NCBI RefSeq assembly: GCF_023055435.1
Contig: NW_025963813.1
Location: 6,882,001 to 6,946,000 of the forward strand
DNA: 64,000 nt
Direction of reading: 5' to 3'
Source of the DNA: Haliotis rufescens
Lineage: Eukaryota
Position 1 is the stretch's first letter, and the number at the start of each line of letters is the position of its first letter. The position numbers were made by a program, and so were the translations under genes. Below the pieces are notes generated by a model. That model was not told the DNA's origin and searched no databases. It saw only the letters and a list, made by a program, of their open reading frames with translations. This document shows, one piece after another, positions 13,584 to 24,101 of the stretch.

Positions 13584-16028
13584 CGGGTTAGAATTAGTCT
13601 TTAGCAACCAATGCAACGGGATCTCGGGAGATGATTGCAGTTTGAGTGAGCAGACAAAATAATGAACACACAGTAAATAACCAATAACCAATAACCAATG
13701 AAGGACTTCACACGTATTTCAGCGTGCTGAACCGTATCCAGCTTCTCGAAACCGCCTACGAAAGATTACCACGAGACTACTCACCGTCCTTAATCTGAAA
13801 GTGATCTGTATTGTTTGTTTCAGTGTACCTTGTCGGTATTGATTGCTTCGCGGAGCAGACCGAGTCGGTTATGCAATGTCTGCAGAAACAGACCCAGGAC
13901 ACCGTGCAGCTGATGTTGGCCTCCCAGCAAGAGAACCTGGAGGAGCAGCAGTTCATGGACAGATTCTGCCAGTGAGTCATACACATGCATATACATGCAC
14001 ATAATCATGCAGCTACACGTCATTAAGGCCTCAAATTTGCGGCTAAAACGGTCGCCAATGCGACCTAATTTTGAATTTGTCTACTGTCTAAAATTCTGAG
14101 GTGGCCAAATGACTACCTTGAAAAATATCTTGTGGCGACTAAATTCTATTGCTACACATCTTTAGACACAAAAAAACCATGTCTGCTACTACTTGTACTC
14201 GCAAATAATTCCTCTTTAAGTCAGTAATGAACCGAAATACATAAATAATAATGTAATTAGTATTTTAGTTTAGTTGATAGTTTATTGGATAAGCAAGGAT
14301 ATACCTATATAATCTACTAACATAAATTGCATCATTGTTCGAGTACTCAAGTACAATTTCCACTAATATACAATAATAGTTATTTAATGAAAGATAAGTT
14401 CAAATGCTTTTGGCAACCTACACTATTGGTTTGACTTCTAAATTTTACCACTGGCTACCTGGGGGAAAATACTTGTAGCCATACGGTTACTTGGTAAAAA
14501 ATAAATTTTGAGGCCTGATCAGACACTCATATGTACAGTGAGTCAGTGAATCAATGGTGTCCTACGTTTCAGTAATGTGTAAAAGATACTTCGGCGGCCT
14601 GTAAAGCTTACTGTAATCACACTAGTCGTTATCGCATTGGATATTCAAAAAGCTGGCACACCACGGAATTGTGAAGTAGATATATCCACTGTCTTCTCGA
14701 CTGTGCAATGTTATTCTAAAATAACATATTCTAAGAAACCATTTTGACTCTTGGTAAATTCAACGTCGACAGTGCCTGGGACTTTCTTCGTATGCTATGA
14801 ACTGCGCAAAAGGTCAATATAAAACGTCAAGGCCAAAGAATAACTAATCTCGATTATCCGCCGAAACTGATTCCATTGGGCGCAAAAGACAAAATAGCGG
14901 TGGAAATTGAATGGATGACACCAGGTGTTCGCGGAAAGGACAGGCCCTGACCCGTGAAGATTCGGGGTGGAATAGGTCTTCAGCAACCCAAGCTTGCCGT
15001 AAAAGGAGACTATGCTTGTCGTAAGAGTCAACTAACGGGATCGGGTGGTCAGGCTCGCTGACTTGGTTGATGCATTGCATCGATCCCAATTGCATGGATC
15101 GATGTTCATGATATTAATCACTGGACTGTCTGGTCCAGACTCGATTATTTACAGACCGCCGTCATATGGCTAGAATATTGCTGAGCGGGACGTTAAACAA
15201 CAAACCAACCAACCAACCTGACGTACCGGTAGCACTCGCCACTGACACAATTTGCATACAAGAGTGTTTGTTTGTCGCCTGACTCCGCACAGCAGCACAC
15301 TTGCCATGCCATGGCGGGCTGTAAACAGACAATCAGGTGAAGGACCACAAAATCCAGGGACTCGATAGTGCATTTACTGACTTATTTGAAACAAAAAAAA
15401 CCGATATGTTAGTTTTACAGTGTTGAAGAAGGACATACTCCTCGACCCCAGGCCAAATTCTACTCTTGGAGTTGTTATACGATCCTGTGTCAAACTGAGA
15501 CTTTGTCTCACAACTAGTGTGGTGTGAGAAATAGAATTTGAGTTTACAGGTAAACAAAGTTGGCTTGGAATGACTTTCATTAGGCTGAAAATGGTTAAGG
15601 GCTAGCAAGGCGCCAAGATGAGGTTCGATGTCTTAAATAACGAGAGGAGCATGACCATCTAGGTTGCAACGAAAGCGAAGTATGAAGATATAATACTGTA
15701 TGTTACTTTTCACAAGGCGCATTTGAATGATTATGAATCATAACCTATTAATTTCAGGATTCGTGTTGACCATGTAGGCTGTGACCTTGACGCTTGGGGC
15801 CAAAAGAAGCACAAGTCGTGCAGCCCTGCTGTAATGGGCCTCAGGACGGAGCTGGAGTGCAACCTGCTCCCTGATGTGTGTAAAGAGCGTCTGAAGAGCA
15901 CCGTTGACAAAATATGCCATGTCGACAACTTCAATCGAGACAAAAGACTTGGTGGTGGTGCAACTTCCGCTTACGTCTCAATGGCAACACTTCCATTTGT
16001 GCTGATGGCTGCCATTTTAAATTACTAA
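8831..16028 (+). CDS. Paralogue 2 of the Cys-rich GPI-type family (362 aa, 7 coding exons)
   Basis: join(8831..8852,9635..9842,11642..11802,12726..12867,13279..13415,13824..13971,15758..16028); GT-AG, same phases; 1089 nt open. MLAKLITGCVVMTLFSMATA|QT signal; C-term ...LGGGATSAYVSMATLPFVLMAAILNY*. Confidence 0.9.
9905..11445 (+). mobile_element. Decayed, internally deleted RLE-type non-LTR retrotransposon (R4/Dong-like) in intron 2 of paralogue 2
   Basis: Interrupted ORF pieces: SYAVPVL, MGGCGL, TEGFLFAVQDQ, CRLCNEFNETVRRIVSGC (CCHC knuckle, His lost), YLKRHD, ANKPDLVLFDK..IYIIEF (PD-(D/E)xK), PIVLGALG, VLGSLHILRKVL; both ends abut (AAT)n runs. Confidence 0.8.
11900..12170 (+). mobile_element. 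tRNA-derived SINE (family A) interrupted by a MITE
   Basis: Family A head and tail separated by the 11948-12060 inverted-repeat element. Confidence 0.75.
11948..12060. mobile_element. Small MITE (PIF/Harbinger-like ends)
   Basis: 29-bp inverted termini CAGGGCCCTGTTGCACAAAGCGATCTTAG / CTAAGATCGCTTTGTGGAACAGGGCACTG (2 mismatches); relative at 25679-25779. Confidence 0.7.
12606..12672. repeat. 21-bp tandem repeat x3
   Basis: GGAAACATTTCTGCAAACTAT-like unit in intron 3 of paralogue 2. Confidence 0.85.
13514..13581. repeat. (GA)n microsatellite
   Basis: ~34 perfect GA units in intron 5 of paralogue 2. Confidence 0.98.
14025..14517. mobile_element. Possible non-autonomous DNA transposon (hAT-like ends)
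   Basis: AGGCCTCAAATTT ... AAATTTTGAGGCCTG inverted ends; no intact TSD seen. Confidence 0.4.
14949..15217 (+). mobile_element. SINE family B (non-tRNA structured head, AAAC/AACC tail)
   Basis: Starts GACCCGTGAAG, ends GTTAAACAACAAACCAACC; multiple copies in window. Confidence 0.85.
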
Positions 16029-17739
16029 ACTGGTCACTCCTCATCGAAAGCTGTTTGAAAAAATATACTACAGAGCAATGATAGATAAAACAGAAACAAA
16101 CATCCTGATGAAGTCTTAATGACGGAGAAAAGGAAAATGTACTGTTTGTGTTTTATTTGTGAAGTGTTGAGTTACATAAAACGCATTAAAAGAGAAAATA
16201 CTATTTAATGAATATTTTATTTATACTCCTTATATGAAGTACAAAGTATTTATGTTTGTTAATTGTTGAATTAAATTTCCTTGTGAATGCACATACAATT
16301 GTTCTTACATTGTCTGCTTCTGGTCCAGTAGTGCTTTGGTCCCATTGTAAATAGTGTTGTATTCAAACTAGGTAAAACTTTAAATTCAAAACCATTTTTG
16401 TTTATCTTAGTTGGATACAATAACGGTCGTGTACACAACTGTTCAAAATAAACTTCCCTCTTGAAAGAGACCGCGGCGCGGAACTTCTTCGTCACGGTTG
16501 CGCCAGTAGCACGTTTGTTCCTTGATCACAAACGATGCGCGAATCTATAACGCCAAGGTCAAAATCGAGGCACTTTTGTTTTGTACTGCAAGGCAAAACA
16601 AATGCCCTCTTCATTGCAACCGAGGTGCGAACCTTTCGTTCACCTTCCGTTGTCTGTCTTGTATTGTAGAGGTTGTTCACTGTCAAGATGATAGCATATA
16701 TTCAAAGGATCTGTACCGTAATCCGTAGCTTTTAAGTCCACTAGCCGTAGATCCTACATTGCTTTGTAAGAAAAATGCCTGTTTGCTTGTCTTAACTTTT
16801 GCTGTATTGTTTGTCATGAGGTGTCACATCACACCCCTACCTGTACATACGGAATAAATATCAAATGATTGTCATAAATGTGTCAGCCCTATGTTTATCT
16901 TAAATTGTGTATTATATTATGATTAGTTTAAAATCTTGAACTGTGCTAGTCGTCACTATCAAGAATCTATCTGTTACATTCTTATCATTTAATTGGTGCT
17001 ATGCTCGGGTTAGTTGACTGTTCCACCAAATTTGATTCAAGGCAGTCATAAATGGTGCCCATGGGGATGCCTCCCTGCTTAAATGTTATGTTCCCTGCAT
17101 TTCACATGCTGTTTTCTCAGTAAACTTCAGATGATAATTACTTCCACTTTTGACAATTGTCCTGAACCTTTGAAGATGAAGACTATACCAATGGTTACCA
17201 TTGACAAGTGGGATGTTCTTGTGGGATAGTGGAGCACAAAGTTTAGATTATTTTTGCACTTGAATTTGAGTTATCTGCTCTTGTTTGGTACATGAACATG
17301 GCAGGCATGATCGGTCTACAAGTTTCTTGATTGGACAGTTTATAGACGAATGGCTGTACCTATATTGGATCGACAAGAGGGCGATTCGGGCCTTTTATCG
17401 ACCTAACATGAGTCTACTTTTCTTGCCAAGTGCAGTTGGGACACCTTTTTGGAAACACAGAATTCACGCCGGGTTCCAACACTATTCTGGATTCATGACC
17501 GATGACAAGCATCTTTCAAGACAATAAACAGCGTTTATGTCTGCAGTGTTCGGCGACTGTTTTCAGCCTAGCAATGTTTGGATAACGTTTGTGTTGTTTT
17601 TCTTGTCAAATCCAATTTTTAAGTATGTACTTTCTTTTGCCCGACAGTTAAGTTGCGTGATATAATATAAAACATCAACGCTAGGGAATAATAATCCTTA
17701 ATACTGTGAGGTAATATAGACAGAAAGTACAATTGGAAT

Positions 17740-18620
17740 TAATACCATGTGGATTCCCAAGGACTTCAAGGATTTGCTTGGAGTTTTGCAATCTCAGAAA
17801 GAACCAATTTAATAACATTCACCACTATCCCACATAACAAACTTGAGGAAAAAGATAATTCCTTGATCCATGGGGAACTTGTTACCAAACGTGGTGTCCA
17901 GAGATATAGTTACATATCTATCTTCAGAGGTTCATGGCAATTTGTCCAAAAAGAAGAAATATAGTAGACAGAAGGCATCCCAATGGGCACCAATTTTGCC
18001 ACCNNNNNNNNNNNNNNNNNNNNNNNNNNNNNNNNNNNNNNNNNNNNNNNNNNNNNNNNNNNNNNNNNNNNNNNNNNNNNNNNNNNNNNNNNNNNNNNNN
18101 NNNNNNNNNNNNNNNNNNNNNNNNNNNNNNNNNNNNNNNNNNNNNNNNNNNNNNNNNNNNNNNNNNNNNNNNNNNNTTTTTCATATGAATCTGAACTCAG
18201 ATTGGTAAAGTTCAAAACAAAACAATAAAGCCAAGACGTTTCACGTATATGGATGATCCGATATCGTTCACAAACGGCCAAGTAGCCAATTTACCCACCT
18301 GAACCAGAGACAAGGAGGCCAGTGAGACTGCCTCGCCTCGTATGTGTCATATGTAGATCTTAAGATTCAGAGTGACAAACCACTCTCCACAAGTTTGACA
18401 ACATGACATTTATGTCGAGCAATATTCCAGCAGTTCAAAGATTTGGTGTCTACATATGACAACGTTTTAGGTACAATCGAGCATGCAATTTCTTCCAGCA
18501 TATCAAAATACGTCATAAGCATCGTACACAAAAGTTGTTGCAACATTCAAGGCCTCAGTAGATCTCAGTAAAGCGTTCAACATGTCGTGCCCTGAAAACC
18601 AGGTTGTTCAAACTCCAAAA
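17740..18620 (+). mobile_element. Decayed Penelope-like reverse transcriptase fragment
   Basis: Collinear frameshifted motifs TTIPHNKL, GIPMGTNFA, FSYESE, FTYMDD, IYPPE, SYVDL, MSSNIPA..GVYI, RYNRAC. Confidence 0.7.
18004..18176. other. Assembly gap (173 N)
   Basis: Run of N. Confidence 1.
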
Positions 18621-19480
18621 ACACAACTTTCTAGTTACAACGATTTGAAAATTGTCATGCTTGCATTTTTTGTAGATGTCATTCATTCTACACTGTATTT
18701 GGCACGAAGAGGTACACATGTATTCTCAAGTGACAAGTCCATGTTAATCTTTCGAAAAGATCATACATTTTCTGGAAAACAGATTTTTCTGTTTGGAGAT
18801 AGAACAATTATCTAAACATTTTGCAGTTATCTTGAGTTCCAGATTGTCTCAAACACCATTTCCAGTTTCGAACAATACTTTAGACATGTATTTGATGTCT
18901 GTATGTCACTAATTGTGCCATGGTAGACATGTGGGGGACAGTTCCAAATTTGACGCATCAGTTACAAAAATGATGTCCGATGCAATTTCCTATTTGGACT
19001 TGTACCAAATGTTCGCGTGTTGTTGTTTTTTCAGGTAACCTTGACTACCCTTTGCATGTGTTTGTGACGGGTGCCACCGGTGAGGCAGGATCCGCTGATC
19101 CTTTCGCGAACACTTGGTATAACACATGCTCATGACAGTCGGAATGCTTTTAGCAGAGATTTCTTATGACTATGGAAAGGGATATTTTGTCTTTGATTGT
19201 CATGGATACTGTAGACAAAGGGTTTCCAAAGTAAACACGGCACCACTCTTATAACTATAGGTCTAAGTTTGTGCCTGTTTAATGTATGTTGTTTATATCA
19301 GAGCAAATTTGTTGTCAGCTCTTTTTAGAAATAGTTTATTTACAAGAAGAGATTTTCCAGCAGTGTTTTGAAAATATCTCGTCTTTTTCTGCTTCATCAT
19401 TTATGTGTCTATCAATATTGCTTACGTTTAAGTCAGAATATAAAGTTTGGATACTATATTCTTGTCCTTCTCATCTGATA

Positions 19481-19642
19481 CGGGCGGTGTGTTAGACTTG
19501 TGGTTAAACCGCTCGCTCGTCACGTGGAAGACTCAGGTTCCATTCTCCACATTGGTACAATGTGTGAAGCCCATTTCTGGTGCCATCCCCATGGTATTGC
19601 CGGAATATAGCTTAGAGCGGGGTAAAACATACTCACTCACTC
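19481..19642 (+). mobile_element. SINE family A, degenerate
   Basis: Head, body and ACTC tail recognisable; tail-to-tail with the 19753-19917 copy. Confidence 0.7.
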
Positions 19643-19752
19643 TAACTTGAAAGTTTACACAGCATCCACAAGTCTCCAATGCAAAACACAACGTGGTATG
19701 TAAAGACCTAATTACGCAAACTTGGTCTGACTTGTTCTTACATACACAATAA

Positions 19753-19917
19753 TGAGTGAGTGAGTATGGTTTTACGCCGCTTTTAGCAATATTCCAGCAA
19801 TATCACGGCGGGGGACGCCAGAAATGGGCTTCACACATTGTACCCATGTCGGGAATCGAACCCGGGTCTTCGGCGTGTCGAGCGAACGCTCTAATCACTA
19901 GGCTACCCGACCGCCCC
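19753..19917 (-). mobile_element. SINE family A
   Basis: Near-consensus reverse copy with A/B boxes and (ACTC)n tail. Confidence 0.85.
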
Positions 19918-20560
19918 ACATACACAATAAATCCCCACTTATGTGGAATTTTGTGTGTTGACATTTTGATGTAGTTAACACTACTTGTTCTAGTTTCCGA
20001 CACAAGTGAAAGATCTCGCTTCGTCACCCCTCACGCCATGAACTGTATGTATGCTCCATCCGTCAACTGGTGCCAATCAAAACTTATTTACAACCGCCAT
20101 TCGGCAACAGATAGGTTCCAATAAGGTATCTGAGTTACCGATCACAAAACGGGACATGCCCTACTTGTTCATGGTGTGTATATTTCCATGAAGAAAATAG
20201 CTCCGTCCCTACATTTTTGACACCAGTGGCAACCTTTGCCATGGTAGAGACGAGAGAGTGAGTACAATGTTCAGTTTATGTAACTGTAATAGATACACAG
20301 AATGAAAATCAAACATAATAACCACGTGGAATCGATCACAGGTCTTCCTCATGTCGAGCCAACCCTTTATCCACAATGCTACGTTCCACACCCCACACCC
20401 AACACCCCACCACCTCCCCCAAGGTAGGGTGAAGTGGAGGTGCTGACGAGTGGATGTGGAGGAGGAAGGTTGGACTGAATTCGCATCTGATTACATAATG
20501 AATGACAACGAAGCAGCCATGGGGCAAACTGTTCCTTTTCTTGTGACAACGATGCGATTA

Positions 20561-20733
20561 TGAGTGAGCGAGTGAGTGAGTATGGTTTTACGCCGCTTTT
20601 AGCAATATTCCAATAATATCACGGCGGGACACGCCTGAAATGGGCTTCACACATAATACCTATGTCGTGAATCGAACCAGGGTCTTCGGCGTGACGAGCG
20701 AATGTTTTAACCAGTAGGCTACCCAACCGCCCC
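20561..20733 (-). mobile_element. SINE family A
   Basis: Reverse copy; part of the composite duplicated at 35148-35605. Confidence 0.85.
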
Positions 20734-20805
20734 GAATATGACTGGTCCCTAAGTCTTTCACGTTGTTAATTGGCAAATTTCTGCTTACTTAATCACAAGG
20801 TTTTT

Positions 20806-21026
20806 TGTTTGTTGTCTAACGCCACACTCGGCAATGCTCAAGCTATATGATTGCGGTCTGTAAATAATGGAGTCTGGATCAGACATTCCAGAGTGTGACA
20901 TATGGAGCATCCATCTTCGCTTTTGGGACACAATGAAATAAACGAGCCTGACCGCCTGATCCGGTCAGCCGCCTCCCCCGACAAGCATGGATTGTCCAAG
21001 GCCAATTCTTACCTGGATCTTCACGT
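20806..21026 (-). mobile_element. SINE family B, diverged
   Basis: Reverse copy; shares private variants with 35148-35375. Confidence 0.75.
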
Positions 21027-21745
21027 GGTTTGATCAAGAGCGACTCTTCGGCCCGGTTTTTTTGTTACATCTGAGGAGTTATTGTAAATTGTTAAATGGT
21101 CATACCTGAATTCATTTGTGGTCATATTATAATCCTCTCTACATTTTTCCTTCATGGTTTCGAAACGGTATTGATTTTGCTTTGTTCAGAAATATTCCGT
21201 GCATCGATTGATGACCTTAATATTGGACAGTGTGTCCTATTTGATTCCCCTAAAGCTGCATAATAAAACATAAATGAACTTTTAGAACTCTCTGTGAGGA
21301 CTATTGGATCTGTTCATAAGAAAGAAGATTGGCGTTTCTTCTTTTTAAGACTTAATGTAATAGATTATAACATCACCAAGTCTTTGATCTTTCCCAATAT
21401 GTGTAGGAAAAGGATACAAACATATCCAGAAAATTCCTTTTTGGGTAACAGCCTTAACCATGATTGGATTATATTCCGTCATAAATCCCCAAAGTCGGGT
21501 GATAGAATGCTATAAGGTATTTGTCAGTCATAGACGTATACGTCCCATGACCTATTCGAGTTTTGTAACTAAATGCTTTTTAAATCGGGTGTCGACTGTT
21601 TTGGTCACTTTGTTGTCCGAACTATGTGAGTGGTTGGTGCTTACAGTAGAGCAGGACATGCTTACCCTTTTCGCGAACACATGGTCAGTTTGAATGCTCC
21701 ACACCAGAAAAAAGCCTGTACAATGAAAATACGTATTTAATCTGG

Positions 21746-21956
21746 AGACATGAACCTTCTGGTGGAAAACAGCTTCTTTATTCTTTGTAACCACGGTTCA
21801 TGGCTAGTGTTTGCCCCTTCATCGTTCGGATACTGAGTAGAAATACTGTACTCAACAGCTCACTCAGTATTCACCCGATGAAGAGGCAAAAGGTAACCAC
21901 GAAACGTCGTTACAAAGCTGACCAAAGTTGTTATAAATAGAAGATTCCATGTCTTC
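21746..21956. repeat. Imperfect inverted repeat with hammerhead-like remnants
   Basis: ~95-bp arms; right arm has CCGATGA (21875-21881) and GAAACGTC (21901-21908). Confidence 0.6.
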
Positions 21957-24101
21957 ATGTTCTCCCAACATCTAGTTGGCTACCAAAGACTTGTATTTTG
22001 TTTGGTTTTATGATTTCAAGTGAAGTGAAACTGTCCCTGTCCAAATCACCACTTGCCTCATATCTCCAACAAATAGATTCAACATTCATTTACCATATAG
22101 TATCTCAATAAATGTTCAAGTTTTTGAAAGGCATTTAGAAGTGATACACATACGGAAGAGAATGTATGGATGCAAACTTCTTTATTTTTGGAACACATCA
22201 TTTCGGAGTATATGCTTTCTCCTTCATCAATTAATGTTCTTAAGCTAGGTTATATGTCTATAGTGTCTCTTAGGATATCAAACACTATCGTGATACAAAA
22301 CTCCTATCAATAATCGTCGCTGATAGGAGAAGCAAACCCATTAAAATGTAGATGATGGCAAACTAAAACACATCACTCTTGACTCTTTATCATGTTTATT
22401 GCGAAATCCACTCTGTGCATCATAATATTTCCGGTAATGATCACTTAAATAGACATTATTTCCTGTGGCTGGTCACGACTTCAAAGTCTGAATCTAAGGT
22501 GATGTAGTACTTCACTGGCACAGCAATGAGAAACTATTAACTTCTACGACCTTCAGTTATAACATAATCATGGACATGAATCATTTTCTATCGTTTAAGT
22601 TATCTAACATGATCCGGGAACCATTGGTCTAGTCTTCTATGTGAAGTTGCATCCCTTAGCCGTGACAGGATGCGATTTGATTTCAACAGTCACCCTGATT
22701 ACCCTTCGTTTGAACATGCTCTTTCTTCGAAGATTTAAAAAAGCGCAATACGACACTACTCAAAAGTTGTTTGATCAGGGTAACAACATTCAAGGCCTCA
22801 GTAAAGCTTCAAAAGGTTTTATTGTAGACATGCGGAGGACATTTCCAAATTTGACGTATAACTGACAAACATGATTCTGATGCAATTCACTATTTTGGCT
22901 TTTTTTCAGACGAACAATTCATGTGTTTTTGAGGCTGGATAGTCTCACCCTTTCATCACCTGGTCTTATCATGATTTGATAATGACTAATAAACTTGTGC
23001 TTATGATAAAGTCGGGATCGTACAATAGAGATTTCTTATGATTATGGAAATTGTTCGTTGATTATACCATTTGTGAACTGTTTAGCCCCTAATTGAAGAA
23101 CAGTCTTTTTCATGTTAAAAAAGGCATGATATATGAAATGAGATAAACGCCTTGAAAGGTCAACTTCTGCTGTTGAAACAAGTTTTACAAAAAGAGTCAA
23201 GACTTACAATTGTACGACATATAAGTGGTACTCTAACATAATATTTTCGTTAATCAGTGTATGTTTGGTACAAGAAAAACTAAATACTGTGTTGGACCAT
23301 GTTGTACGCAAGTCATTTCGACATATCCCTGTTCATCTGTTTGATCGATTGTATATGGTTGATGCGAAGTGGGACTGGTATATTGCCAAATAGTCCTGCA
23401 ATGCCAAGCGGTCATTTAGATCATACAATGCATTTGTGGTTTAGTGTAGCCAAGTGATTAAAGCGTTCGCTCGTCCCGGGTTCGATTCACCACATGGGTA
23501 CAATGTGTGAAACCCATTTCTGGTGTGCCCCCGTCATGATATTGCTGGAATATTTCTAAAAGAAGGTAAAACCACACTCACTCACTCACAACAAAGCATG
23601 GACAATAGCAAACCCTCAACATGGTTCTACTATCATAAATCTTCAGGAATATATTACAGAAATACATATCATCATATACTCTGACATATAAAAAATATTA
23701 AACTATTCATGATAACCTTCCAGCGTTATATCCTTGTCCAATTACACAAAAAATCCATTTATTTCTCTGCATCGCAAGCGTTCAGCTTCAACAATCATTG
23801 ATACCTACAGCCATGTACATAAGACGGGCGCCTAGTCCTTGGCGTGACCAGATGATATTTTCCTCAAGGCTATTATCTAATGCGGAAGAAATCAATAAAT
23901 TAACCCGACAGCAACCCCATTTTTCTATTCAATCATACACGTTACATGACAGGCCCTGGAGTTAAAAATCTTTTAAGTTTCATTGGTTCACAAGATGTGA
24001 CGTTTCGTGTTCAGATAAGAATCATAATGCTAATCTATGGAAAACATAAATAGCCTGAATCAGAAGTGAGGTTGTAAATCTTGATCACGTACACACATTT
24101 C

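Noticed and set aside
13353-13691. RE-repeat and SL-repeat ORFs
   Set aside because: Translations of the (GA)n microsatellite.
16105-16130. Hammerhead-like CTGATGA-AGTC-TTAAT-GAC in the 3'UTR of paralogue 2
   Set aside because: GAAA does not directly follow stem II and no convincing stem III or cleavage triplet is present.
17870-18281. ORFs containing X runs
   Set aside because: Artefacts of the N gap.
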